Notes: generated by a model not told the origin, from the sequence alone. A stretch of 43,676 nt of DNA from Hydrurus foetidus (GCA_900617105.1 UYFQ01000376.1:1-43676), one strand, 5' to 3'; counted from the first letter of the stretch, positions 9,733 to 22,372 are shown. Program-made: numbers and translations.

Positions 9733-12700
9733 ATGCCTTCGAAGAAAGCAGCAGTGGCCGAAAAACCCGCAGAAGGGTGTATCGTTCACTTTGAAAGGGA
9801 CAATAACGCCGTTGAGTGACGGGAGGAGATGTACAACATCACCACAGGGTTGTACGGCACCACTGGAATGTTTTCCCACTTGAATCGCTCGTACAAGTTC
9901 CCTCCAATCCATACGAGAGATTACAATCCGACGTATGTCGAACCGATCGTACCTGGAGAAGCAGCGGCCGGGGATAAAAACGACGGCGAATACGAGAGCG
10001 AGAACGAATCAGACGGTAGTGACGCTGAAACAGTCCAAGGAGAGGACGCACCTCCAGCAGCACCGATAAAAGAGTTCACACAATAGTTCATTAACAAGCT
10101 CCGCGAGGGAGCATACGACCGTCGCCAGAAGTCAATTGAGCTACAGGCCGTGAATGAGACCAAGATATGGGCTCTCATGTGGGCCAAGATGTCACCGGCA
10201 TCACAAAGTAAGGTCAGAGAGGACCCGAGATTCGAGGTGGCGTGCCAGGCACTCGATAGTATCAGACTGTGGAAGCTTATCCGAAAGTCACACTTGACTC
10301 ACATGTACGGTGATTACAACAATATGGCCGCCTTTAAGCTACACGATCAACAGCTGCGTTACAACGCACTACGGCAAGGGGACCGAGAACCCATCGCTGA
10401 ATTCAAAACGAGATTTGATAACCAGATCAAGCCAACAGTAGAGTTGGGATGATCGACACTGCAGAACCCATACGTGAACTCGACTTCATCAGCAAATTGG
10501 ACACAAAGAGGTACGCCGGCATGTTTACAGTGATGCGCAACAATGCGGCCCAGAACTTACCCGGTGCATATCCCAACACACTTGCAGGTGCATTCCGCAC
10601 TACTTCCACTTGGACCCGGGACGGTGCCCTAGTACCCCTTGGATGTAGCCACCATCACTCGGCTTACCTAGCCGATGCTATACACGTAACTAACACAAAA
10701 GACGTAGAAAAGGGAAAGACCCCCCAACCATCTTCCAAGAAGGTTCCTTCAGAAACAAAAAAAGTCATCGTCACTCCAGAGTGTGCTATGCTACGTCTGT
10801 GGAAATTTGGGACACTACGCTTGAGACTGCGACGAGAGGAAAGGAGAACGAGCACTATACACTGCAGCGGAGGATATAGACATCGAAGAAGATGATAAGA
10901 ACGAGTTCGCCTATGTCATGACCGATGAGCCTGTTCTCTTCTCGCAATCTCATGTACTTTTGGATAACCAAGCTTCTGTCAGCATTTTCAGCAACCGTGA
11001 CCTTCTGACGAACGTGAAGATATCAGACAATCAGATCGTGTTAAACGAGGTGCAGTCCAACGCGAAGGGAGTGCGAGTTGACCAAGAAGGGCAGTTCAAC
11101 GAGATCAACAACGTCTACTACAGTGAGAAGGCGACAGCGAACATTCTATCGTTTGCTGCGATGGTCGATGAAGGTGCTCAGATTCGATACAACCAGAAGG
11201 AAAGCCGTTTCACGTTACAACCGAAGGGAAGTCCCAACATCTATAGTTTCTGCAGACAGAGCATACCAGGCAGTGAAGGTAGATTCTATGTCTGTGATGT
11301 GCGATCAATGGTATCAAATCACGCAACGAGTCACCCAACATACGAACATGCATTGGTACAGACGGTGTCCGACAATATGAAGCCCTTCACCAAGAGAGAG
11401 ATAGCTTCAGCGAGTGGTGCGAGAGAACTGATCGCCAGAATGGGATACCCGTCAGTAGAGGAAGCGATCAGCATGCTGAGAGACGGCAGCGACTTCACAG
11501 TCATCAAGCACGATTTCAGAGTCGCAGACATTATCTGGGGTAAATACATTGCATCGATTAAGGGCAAAACGACTGGGAGAAAATCGCGAGCACCGATTCT
11601 AACCATGACTCCGTCAGTAGTACAACAGCAGCAGATACTCTCAATTGATATCATGTATGTAGAACAGGTGGCACGGCACTACTAGTCGCTATATCACATC
11701 CACTCGATCTCACCCTCAGTGTCATATTGGAACACGCAGATACCGGAAAGCCATCTAGGTGTGCAGAATCGGTGAAGAAGTGTTTAAACATCATCATTGC
11801 AACACTAAGGTCAAGGAACTTCATCGTGTCGATAACCATATCAGATGGAGAAGGAGCTATTCCAAAGATCTCAACATACCTTTAGAGGCTGTCTATCGAA
11901 GTAAATGTCACAGGAGCCGGTGGTCATGTCGATCGAATCGAGAGACGGATTCGAATGATAAGAGAACGAATCCGATCACATATAGCAGGCAGTCTACCGT
12001 TTGCATTAACTATTGACGGCTTATCAATGCCTGCTTTATACTGCATATCTCGAATCAACAATCAACACTCGGGTTCAAGGACCGGAGGGATGACACCGAG
12101 AGAAGCATTCTCAGGACAGCGGGTTGCGGGGAATCGGGACTTCTGTGTGGAATTCGGGGATTACTGCCAATGCACAGTCGCAAACATAGACCGCAAACAC
12201 AGAGAAGCACTAAGGACCAGGGGTGACGATGCGAGATTAGTCATCAACAAGGAGCTTCAACAAATGATAGACAAGAAGGTGTGGGCGCCTGTCTTCTATC
12301 ACAGAATGACAGCAAATGAGAGATCAGGCATCATCAGGTCGTCCATGTTCCTGAAGAGGAAGACTCACCCCGACGGACGTTTCGATAAGTACAAAGCCAG
12401 GCTAGTCGCGGAGGGCGACCAGCAAGACAAGAACCTATACGACGACCTATCCTCACCCACAGTGTCGACCAGAGCAGTGTTCACAATCGCCGCTATATGT
12501 GCATTCGAGAAACGTCATGCGGCTGTGGTGGATATTGGGGGTGCATTCCTCAATGCGAGTATGACAACAGGGGTGCCGGTACATATGAGACTTGATAAGA
12601 CTACATCCGACTTCCTGATCACGCTGAACAGAGCGTATGCAAAGTATGCAGATAACAAAGGCAGAATTGTAGTACTACTGAGAAAGGCGCTACATGGATG

Positions 12701-13795
12701 CATCGAGAGTGCAGCATATGGTATGAGAACCTCAGCAGAACCATGGCTGCACTGGGCTATACAAGGAACGATAACGACATATGTGTGTTCAACCGTACGG
12801 ACAGCAGGGGTGTACAGCGTACGGCAACAGTGCACGTGAATGACTTGTTCATCACAAGCAAGAGCAAGGAGCTGATTGCTGAACTCACAGACGGCCTTAG
12901 AGCAAGGTACGGTGAGATCACCCTATCTCATGGTCCACGCATCAATTACTTTGGAATGGTGTTTGACTTCTCCTGTCCAGGTGAAGCACGCGTGAGTATG
13001 TCCCGATACATTGATGAGATGCTGCATTCATCTGGTGTGCAGGGGATAGCGAAGACGCCAGTATCAGATGGGCTATTCGATACAAGGCCGGGTGCAGTCA
13101 CGGCAACTGAGGAAGTAAGAGTGTGGTTCCACAGGGTGACTGCTCAGTTGGTATACCTTGCGAAGCGCGTGAAGCCGGAGTATCTTACAGCCGTTGCATA
13201 TCTTGCCACCAGAGTGACCAAGTGCAGTGTGGACGACGTAGATAAGCTGCATCGTGTAGTGCGGTACATCAGATGGTCTGGTGATTCGGGGCTGGTATTT
13301 AGACCGGGTGGTAGTGGAATATCAGTGAAACTATTTGTCGATACATCATACAGGGTGCATGTGGATGGAAAGTCGCACACAGGGAGCTGTGTGGTAATCG
13401 GAGACATCGGAGCGGTGCACTGCAGGTCGACGAAACAAGGGATAGTTTCCAAGTCGAGCACAGAGGCTGAGCTTATCGGATTGTCTGACTCGCCGAATCA
13501 GGGGATTCACACAAGGATGTTCCTAGTTAACCAGGGGTACTCTATGGGACCGGTGACAGTGTCCCAGGACAACATGTCTTGCATGGCCCTTATTGACAGA
13601 GGCAGGTCAGGTGCTGAAAAGATCAGACACATTGGGATACGCTACTTCTGGGTGAAGGAGCGCGTAAGTACGGGCGAGCTGATACTGGTGCACAAGGGGA
13701 CGAAGGAGATGTATGCAAATATTCTCACTAAGCCGCTACAGGAAGCACAGTTTATTTTTGAGAAAGAATGCCTTACGGGAGGGCCCAAGGTATAA
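9733..13795 (+). pseudogene. Copia-B gag-pol, multiple stops/frameshifts and an internal deletion
   Basis: gag (LRQGDRE, knuckle CYVCGNLGHYA*DC), protease LLDNQAS, integrase SIDIMY, RT YKARLVA/DIGGAFL/HVND, RNase H VDTSY...SSTEAE...QDN. About 0.8 kb is missing at ~12190 relative to Copia-C. Confidence 0.92.
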
Positions 13796-13944
13796 GCGGA
13801 GCTTAGTAATGCCTTACGGTGTAACCAGGGGCAGAGAAAAGCATTGTGCGTTCTATGTTTGTTTAGCTTACTTATAATCACTCATCTCATGTCGTTTGAT
13901 ACGTCTATGCTATTGCAGCCGACCGGCCCTCCATCCTAGGGGTG

Positions 13945-14274
13945 TGTTGGAGTTTCGCTGTGTGGTAAACTGCCTCTTGTAGAATGTAGGACCGTCCGGT
14001 CGTTTCGTAAGTGTGTGTGTGTACAACACGAAGTGTAGATCATTGATGCGTGCATGAAGAGGGTTTCATGCCGGCAACACAACTCGAATCTCGATGGTCT
14101 GTTTTAGTTCTTCTAGAGTAGCTAGAGTACGTTGACGTTTGTAAACTTCGTGGCTGGCCGAACAGGGACGACAGGCACAAGTTAAATTATCAGTTGGTTG
14201 GAATTTTGAGATCTTTCCATTTCACGGGTCTTGCAGAGTTTTCGTACTGTTACCGCGTACTTCAAGTAATACGC
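13945..14274 (+). repeat. Copia-B 3' LTR, left part
   Basis: Matches 9349 onward up to TAATACGC, where the TIR element interrupts; the remainder resumes at ~16325. Confidence 0.95.
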
Positions 14275-16324
14275 GAGCACTGGAACGGATATTGTGGCAA
14301 GACCCCTTACTCAAACGTGTAATTTAAAAAAATACGAATTAATTCAAAATAGTTCAAAATTTCAAATCACAGACTCATAATCCCCTGTATAACTTCACAT
14401 TGCTACATCTTCGTTTCAACATATTCATTGCAACTTACGTCACTTCGAAAAGCTGTCTTGAATGGCGAATCTTATTGATCTACTGCGCTGCTACGTCAAC
14501 CTCCAACATGTCAGATATGCTCCTGAAATTCAAAGTTGACGACCTCTGGAGGACGTCACACAACAACTTTGAGAAAGTTTATGTTGCACGGGAATATAGC
14601 TGATGAGCCTCTACTTGTGGACTATGATGTATTTATTCGGAAAGATCCATCGGCTACTGGATTTAGGAATCTTACGGATGTTATTTGGGACACAAACTCC
14701 AGCAACGCGAGCAGAAAGTTCTCTTTCAATTTGACAGCAGCTGCGGCAAGCATAAAAGAACTTCAGTATTACAGTCAAATTCAGCAAACACCTACAGCCA
14801 AGTTATCTCTTGCTGTAACTCCTGATCCCGAGAATGAATGCGACATGGCAATCCCCGCCGAAACTCCTCAATTGAAGAGATGTAGGATGTCACAAAAAAC
14901 ATCTTACTCATCAGCAACTTTAGCGAAGTATTCGAAAAGCATCGAAACAAAGTTGATCTCACTGCTTCAAAGTGAGATTCCATCAGCTAATACTAGTCTA
15001 CAAAGTCAAGTGCTGAAAGATGTTATGGAAAGGCTTGCGAAAAGATTTGGCCACGGAACAATCGCTCACAATGTTAACGAAGTCATTATGTCAAACATCA
15101 GATCGCTGGTTATGTCACTTAACAAGTTTGGCGTCCATGATAGGGAGACAATTCGATTCAAAGAAAATATAACGCTAGCAGTGTCTGGGGACATCTCATC
15201 ACAAAAATTGGAAGATGCGACGAGCTTATCCAGGAGGGTACTTTTGCACGGTAGGAAAATGCGCACCATCTTTGACTGTGAGACAACAAAAGCCATCGCT
15301 GAGAATCATACGGGGCAAAATGTCGATATGTTAACAAAGATGTCAGATGAGGAAAGTGTCAATGATACCACAAGTGTTGGGACAAGCAAGTACGTTATAA
15401 ATAGCTCGAACAAAATGTTGCGGAGAACAATACTCGTGAGTGATCTGATTTTACCAGCTGATCTTCATGATATCACTCGTAGTCAGCTCCTCAGATGCGA
15501 ACTAGTAAAAGTCCAGAAAGCAGGGAAGCTTATCGACATGAGTACTCTAAAATTGAGTGATATAGAGACACTTCGTGAGCTCGAAAGTGAAATGTAGCAT
15601 CGCAGATTAGTATGCAGGATTTTTGCCACAGATGATACAAAGCTGCTTCTGAGAGCGCGGTTGTCAACATTTAATACAAACTTGTCGACTCTCAAGAAAG
15701 AACGACTCAACTTTTTATCAATCTCTTCCAAAACGAGAAAGAAAAATCTCCTTCTTGTCGAATGGAAAGAGAGAAGTTGCGAACGAGCCGCAAAGTAAAA
15801 TTAGGAGTACTGCGATCGAAGAATATTCAATTGTAGTCATCAAAGATGAACATCGCGAAGTACAACCTTCAATGGACTATTAATGGCTACAGGAGAGTAG
15901 CATTTATGGCGTCAAATACGTCCTCTCCGCGACCTCATAAAATCATCCTCGCAGGTTTTGCCGCGGCATTTAATTCCTGGACGAAATCAATTTTATCATC
16001 AGAACATGTCGGAAGAGCTTTGTCTTGAAAAGAACGACTCACCAATTTGTCCTTCAACCGATTTGACTAGTGAAATTTTTCACTGCATGAGGCCGTTCGG
16101 AAATCGAGCCAGAATTTTTTTGCATTAGTGTCAACTTCTGCATTTGACAAGCCAGGCAAATCAATCAATGACTAACGGTCATTTTGTGCATAAAATCGAC
16201 GACTCTCGTGCAGTCGTCGCTGAGTTCTTTTAGTATCTCTGTTATATCGATGTTGATCGCAATGATCAGGACAGAGGAATCGTTATAATCCATTTTCCGT
16301 GCCACAATATCCGTTCTGGTGCAC
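14275..16324 (+). mobile_element. TIR DNA transposon-like insertion (~2.05 kb), superfamily unresolved
   Basis: 23-bp inverted repeats GCACTGGAACGGATATTGTGGCA (14277-14299) and TGCCACAATATCCGTTCTGGTGC (16300-16322), 2 mismatches; absent from the matching 5' LTR; short TSD ambiguous (GC, ACGC or ACGCR). Confidence 0.85.
14536..15597 (+). CDS. Hypothetical protein inside the TIR element, possibly a truncated transposase N-terminus
   Basis: 353-codon open frame between the TIRs (first ATG at 14581); no DDE motif recognisable by eye. Confidence 0.45.
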   Translation: MTTSGGRHTTTLRKFMLHGNIADEPLLVDYDVFIRKDPSATGFRNLTDVIWDTNSSNASRKFSFNLTAAAASIKELQYYSQIQQTPTAKLSLAVTPDPENECDMAIPAETPQLKRCRMSQKTSYSSATLAKYSKSIETKLISLLQSEIPSANTSLQSQVLKDVMERLAKRFGHGTIAHNVNEVIMSNIRSLVMSLNKFGVHDRETIRFKENITLAVSGDISSQKLEDATSLSRRVLLHGRKMRTIFDCETTKAIAENHTGQNVDMLTKMSDEESVNDTTSVGTSKYVINSSNKMLRRTILVSDLILPADLHDITRSQLLRCELVKVQKAGKLIDMSTLKLSDIETLRELESEM

Positions 16325-16361
16325 GCAGGGCGCTTGCGAATACGAAAAACGCAACAATCTC

Positions 16362-16646
16362 TGTTGATATATCTGAGTATATGACACGTACACAATGCGT
16401 GTACTTATGATTTGCGTACGAGCGTACGGTTTAGTGCATGTGCGTCGGTCTATTGGATCTGCGCACACCGCAAGTGCAATTGTAGATCTGGTACCGATCA
16501 TATGTATTTGAATGGACCCGTTGCTACTTTGGAGGAAGAAGCACAGTATAATTAACAAGTGACAATCACGAGCCTTGACAATCTCGAACTCGCGCCGCTG
16601 TGCCCACCGTACTCCTGTCGGCCACCAGACCCCAGATTCGTCAACA
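16362..16646 (+). repeat. Copia-C 5' LTR (285 bp)
   Basis: TGTTG...CAACA; near-identical to 43280-43584 apart from a 20-nt indel and a few substitutions. Confidence 0.95.
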
Positions 16647-16670
16647 TAATTAGACTGTCTCGGCATTGTA

Positions 16671-18155
16671 ATGGCTTCAAAACGTGTTCCCGAAGCAGTG
16701 AAAAGTGCAGAAGAATGCATGCTGCTCTATGGGAAGCACAACAACGTCATCAAGTGGAAGGAGCACATACAGACGATGGTTACCGAGCTATACGGTATCA
16801 TCGGGATGTTCTTTACCGTGAACAAAAGATACCTACTTCCGAGAGTATCGTACGCGGATTACTCGTCGGAAAGCGGAAGCTCAGAGTCAGAGGACGAGGA
16901 GGTGGATCCTGACGCACCTGTCTTATCACCTGAAGAGATCGTCATACTCGCTGCCGAGAAAGCGGCGCGAGCCACCGCAAGAGAAGCGAGAAATGGATGC
17001 AGATGGAGAATTGCCGAGAAGGCAAGAGTGAATTTCCGCGAAGACGAATATATCCAGAGGAAAAAAGACCTCAAGACACAAAAAGAGAACGAACGTACGG
17101 TATATCCAATGATGTGGAAACGTATGTCTCCAGCCTCACAGAGCAGGGTGAGAGAGGAGGAGGATTATCAGCTAGCGTATCTGACCCTGGATTGCATCCT
17201 CCTGTGGTCTCTTATATGAAAGACATATCTTACGCACATCTTCGGGGACTCGGACCCCATAAACGACGTAAATATGCACGAACAGGAAAACAAGTACAAC
17301 TCACTCAGACAGGGAGAGCGAGAGTACATTTCCACATTCAAAGTCCGATTCGATGAACAAGTAGCGGCAAACGCCGGAGTAGGGGTGGCAGAGATAACAG
17401 AGTCGCGGAGAGCTCTGGACTTCATTATGAAGCTGGACCCAAAGAGATACAAGAAAATGCATGATGACATGAAGAACGATGCGCTCCGATGCGTTGTCGA
17501 CGCTTACCCCGAGACGTTAGCGGCTGCCTACCGAGTCGCGTCTCAGTGGACGGGCAGCGAGCACACCCAATACGCCGGTGCGGCGGGGAGCCCGGCGGCA
17601 TTCGTTACAGACGGGGCGCTACTGACGACTAAGGACCCCGAGAAGGAACCGGGTAAAACCGGGGGTGCTAGGAAGAAGAGTGCACTAGCTAACATCACAT
17701 GCCATGTATGTGGACTCAACGGGCACTATGCAAGGAACTGCAGCGAGCGAAAATCGTCATCGGAGAAAGCACACGTCACTACAACCGACGATGTCGACTC
17801 AGATGGTTTCGATGTAGCACTAGTCACCACGGTGGAAGCATGCATCTTTTCTCGATATGACGTATTGTTGGATAATGAAGCCTCGCTCAACATATTCAGT
17901 AACGGAGACCTGCTTACGGGATTGAGAAAATCAGACAAGGCGATTAACGTTGGAGGAATTTAGCTTGGCGGTGGAGTTGTCGTCGATCAGCAAGGTGATT
18001 TTGGGGAGTTGGGCCGAGTGTACTATAGCGAAGCGGCTTCAGCAAATATTCTGTCCTTCGCATCGCAAGTGGATTCCGATGCCGAAATTCGATATGACCA
18101 CAACCATGACGTGTTCACGCTAAACAGCTCCAACATTTATCGAATCGGGCGTAAG
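16671..18155 (+). pseudogene. gag: Copia-C gag and protease
   Basis: Same-frame ORFs 16671-17219, 17274-17963 and 18009- separated by single stops; zinc knuckle CHVCGLNGHYARNC; protease LLDNEAS. Confidence 0.9.
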
Positions 18156-18480
18156 TGTTACATTCGTTACTTCATATCAATCACACGTATGTACATACAC
18201 AACGCACGTCACTCGTAGCCACTAGTTTTTCGGACCAGTTTTCGGTTTCTGACTGTTCGACAACTTCAACTCGAGACATACTCCATCGTAGCTAATCTCA
18301 CACTCCTTTCACATCTTATTAACTAACGTTACTGAAAACCCAAAACCAACTTCGACTCCTTTGAGTCAGCCAAATCCCTTGCTCAGTCCAATTCGTCTGA
18401 CAAGATCCCCAGTTGCACCAATCTGCCCAACTGGACAATTCACGTTTCATCTTCGACCAGCTCGTCGAAGCCGTGACACA
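18156..18480 (+). repeat. Gypsy-D 5' LTR
   Basis: Direct repeat of 39584-39908 with about 3 substitutions seen. Confidence 0.92.
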
Positions 18481-18667
18481 GTAAACATGAGACAACGTTT
18501 ATTACAATCGACTCCCCTCAGTTGATTCGTTTCTTACACGCCAGAAAGCAGTTAACGCCCTGGCTCAGCGAGATTCAGAATCTCTGAGGTAAGTGAAGTC
18601 TAAATCCAATACGTTCGCAAAGCCACTCCAAGAAGAACAGGTCTACATCTCCTTTCTCTTTTAAACA

Positions 18668-20284
18668 ATGTCGGAAGGAAAGGGAATCCAAACTCAAGAC
18701 TTGAAGAAGGAAGAAGCAAAGAAGAAGATCGAGGGCTTAAAAGAAGATCAGACAGAAAATGCAATTCTGGAGCTCAAGGATATGTTCTCCCAATTTTTGA
18801 TATCGAGCAATCAAACTCAGGCTAGCAACCGCACCGACATCAACGAATTGAAAGAGGCAATCAAAGCAATTAACAGATCTAACACTCAGTCTCCAATGGG
18901 CTCGGAAAGCATGTTGACCGTTAGATCTCGTGGCAGCAGAAGATCTTCAATGTTCTTCGGCATATCTCAACCTCCATCAACCCCACAGCTTATGGATACG
19001 CTCCTCGCAGATACGCCATTCAAATCAAACATACAAGTGCTTCAAGCCGATATCGTATACGACAAGGAACTCAAAGTCAGTTCACTTGAAGGTCTTCAAT
19101 CCTGGCCACGAAATTAAAATGGCTCATATGGTTTCCTACAACCTACGTCCACACGTCGGAGCATCGTGGAATTCCCATCGTTATCGAGAATCTCTCATAA
19201 CTGGCCTTGAATCCAACGAAATTATGGTAGAAGATTGGCTATCTCTGTCAAATTCGGGAGTCCAAGCTATCCTGGTAGAGGCTGCCAGGTCACGCACAAA
19301 AGAACTCTACTCGAAAGAACTCATCCTATTTCTCGGCAAAGGAATCCCACAGGCCCCATTCATAACCACCGAGAACTTCTCCAGTACGTTTTATGCCCCA
19401 TTAATGAAGTCACTAACCGACTTACATCACTAGCACGAACAAATCAAAGATACCGGTCCAAGCCTATGGAACTAGGGACAGCCCTGGCCAAATTGCCTTA
19501 TGGCTCATCTCCTTGGGCACACAAAAAGACTCAATCTTACAGTGGCTTAGTAAGGACGAACTGGTTAAACACAAGACTTTAGAATCATCAGTCAAGTTCA
19601 TCAGAGCCAGGCTCATGGAAGGCCGCGCCCAAAGCGAGTCTCGTCAAGACTTTGATGCAACGCTATGAAGATTTACGCTACACTCAAGGCGAATTCCATA
19701 CATGCCAGCAGATCTCAACACTTAACCGCCCGCAGTTTACCACCCCACGCAGACATGACAAACGACTGCAGTCCAACTTTTCATCAATCGAGCTCTGTAC
19801 CCAACAGATGTCATCCACATATGACAATGAAAATGATGAGGATACAGAAGATGAAAATGCGCCTACATACTCGGCTGAAGATCTAGATCTTTCAAATGAC
19901 GCGGACGCGGAAACATCTACTGATGATTCACTTCTTGCAATCAGTACAGATCAGCATCGTTCACGCTCAACTGTTTCTGCTACATTTTGTGGATTTTGCA
20001 GCGAATCATTTGTCTACGGTAAATGCACACGCCAGAGTTCTGGTTGCACCTTCGACCATTCAACAGCAGGTCAAGAACGCTGCATTCAATCATTTACACT
20101 ACTTGCCAAACATGAGCTCCAACAGCATGGACAGCTCGAGCTATGGTCTTCGCCAAAACAAGAACCAAGTAGCAACTTGAAAACAAACAACTCACAAAGC
20201 TTTAAAACCACCAGCTCCACGAACTTCTGTGGAGTCATAAAGCCTACTTATCCGTCCACCTCGACACGTCCAAATCAGAAATAA
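18668..20284 (+). pseudogene. gag: Gypsy-D gag-like region (frameshifted)
   Basis: Consecutive ORF fragments between the LTR and protease; Cys/His cluster FCSESFVYGKCTRQSSGCTFDH. Confidence 0.6.
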
Positions 20285-20311
20285 GATTTAGCGAGGCCTT
20301 CCTTTGCCGAA

Positions 20312-21656
20312 ATGCATATCGAAGATCGCCTCGCCTCCTCTAATGACTATCCCCATCCGACTATCTTTGACCCGGACAAAATCCTAACGCAAGCACTGCT
20401 CAACCAGCTAGCATCTGCAACATCTGCTACGTCACAAACTCTATGTCAACCCTTCATTCGTTCTGGTACCATTGTAACTAACACTGGTCTGATGTCTTTC
20501 AGTCGTGGTTTACTTGATACTGGCGCACAGGGAAGCAACTTCATCTCCAGAGAGCTATACGACAGCCTACCTCCAAATGTTACTGACCTCAGTCGTCCAA
20601 TCGATAAAATTGTTCGCCTCGGCGATGCTCGCTTCCTGTCAATTCAACTTGAAGTTCCACTCACTGTCGGTATCCTGGATTCCACCAACAACAATCATCA
20701 ACATCGCCTCTGGTACAGCGTCCTTGACATCTTAAGTCATAACATTATCATTGGTTTGATTGATCTCATCGGTCCATTCTACGACCTATTCGCTGATTCT
20801 GTCCTAACAGCACGCCAGTTATCAATCACCAATGATCTAGGAACAAATTTAACATAAGATATAAAAGCAATAAGTAAGCTTCGTCTTCAACACAATCAAG
20901 AGGACGTACTAAAAGCCATCTACATCTTCAATAGCTTGTCCGCTCGTAATAGCACCCAAAGCAACAGCTCCATTTATACGGCTCTGCGGCGACTATCGCC
21001 CTATTAATTCATTTATTAACATCCCACAAGAGCCAATACCACACGTCCAACAGTCCCTTTCAAAAGCTGCTGGTTGGAAAATCTTCGTCGATCTCGACAT
21101 GACAAATTCATTCCATCAAATTTCTACCGATGACTTTAGTTCCAATCTCCTCTCTGTATCTACACCATGGGGATTGTTCCGGCCAAAGTTTCTTCCGGAA
21201 AGAGTTGGTCCAGCATCTGGTATTCTGCAGTCCATCGTTCGCCGTATCTTCGCCGACTTCGACGACTGGATTATAGTCATCTTTGACAACTTTCTCATTC
21301 TTGCCTCCGACTACCACGATGCTCTGTTGAAACTTGAGCAGGTGCTACACCGTTGTCAAAAGTATGGTCTCGTCCTAAAGATGAAGAAGTCTTGGATAGG
21401 TACAGACGTTGTTACGTTTTTTGGATACGAAGTTCACCCTGGCTCATGGCAGCTCTCGGATGCACGCAAAGCTGTCATCTCATCGATGGTCTTCCCAACA
21501 ACACAAAAACAAATGCAAAGCTTCTTAGGAGCAGCAAACTTCTTCCACACTCACATTACCAATTTCGCCTCATGGGCATCCGCCCTATACGAATGCACTA
21601 CCGCTGGCTTCAACTGGGACCCTTCAACATGGAAAACCGATTATAACCATTTGTTC
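20312..21656 (+). pseudogene. pol: Gypsy-D protease and RT (5' part of pol)
   Basis: Protease LLDTGAQGSNFIS; RT from ~20915 reads ACPLVIAPKATAPFIRLCGDY, DLDMTNSFHQI, STPWGLF, IFDN, QSFLG; apparent deletion between PR and RT. Confidence 0.9.
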
Positions 21657-21671
21657 GTTCTCTGTTATGTG

Positions 21672-21827
21672 AGAGATTTCTTTTTCTCTGTTATGTGAGG
21701 CATGGTCGCGTAAGTACGTATCTCTCATCCTCACATATGCCTTGTCTTATCTTACATTTGGTCGCACTCGCATGGATGTCTGGGTATCCCTTAAAAAATT
21801 GGGGTCGAGTAGCCCGTCCCCTTCCCC
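21672..21827 (-). repeat. Split direct repeat B2
   Basis: Near-identical to 22217-22372. Confidence 0.92.
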
Positions 21828-21899
21828 AGAGCACCCACGGGTGATCAGATAAAAAAAGGTGAATCTAAAATAACAAAATAGGCATGGCTGGCTACGGGG

Positions 21900-22205
21900 T
21901 AAAAAACGTTCCGAACGGATGTATGAGTGCTGAGAAAACTCAATTCTAAAATTGTGCGATCGTATCTCAGTATCTTTTCTGCGATTGGATTGTCAATTGG
22001 TTTTGAACATCTGTCATTACATCTCATAACCATGGAATTCGAGCGGTCACAAGTCGAGATCCAGATCCAAATCGATGTGTACATCCGAAACGTGGTGGTG
22101 GGTTCTGGTTCACCGGCATAATTCAAAATCTCCTCTACTGTCCAGAGAACCCATCCTGGAGTTCTCTGCGGCACGCGAGCTTGCGAGGCTCCCCCCATTC
22201 TCTGA
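21900..22205 (-). repeat. Split direct repeat A2
   Basis: Matches 27714-28019; one substitution seen (GAGCGGTCAC vs GAGCTGTCAC). Confidence 0.92.
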
Positions 22206-22216
22206 TTCTCTTCCCA

Positions 22217-22372
22217 AGAGATTTCTTTTTCTCTGTTATGTGAGGCATGGTCGCGTAAGTACGTATCTCTCATCCTCACATATGCCTTGTCTTATCTTAC
22301 ATTTGGTCGCACTCGCATGGATGTCTGGGTATCCCTTAAAAAATTGGGGTCGAGTAGCCCGTCCCCTTCCCC
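22217..22372 (-). repeat. Split direct repeat B1
   Basis: Near-identical to 21672-21827; begins 25 nt after the YR stop. Confidence 0.92.

Larger units (their letters stand above)
9349..16356 (+). mobile_element. Copia-B LTR retrotransposon, degenerate
   Basis: 5' LTR 9349-9706; 3' LTR 13945-14274 plus ~16325-16356 (split by a TIR element); PPT AGGGGTG 13938-13944; TSD ATCTC at 9344-9348 and 16357-16361; gag-PR-INT-RT-RH order. Confidence 0.95.

Noticed and set aside
18320..18490. Self-priming duplex in Gypsy-D (TTACTG vs CAGTAA)
   Set aside because: Only about 6 bp and the LTR end is uncertain; not above chance.
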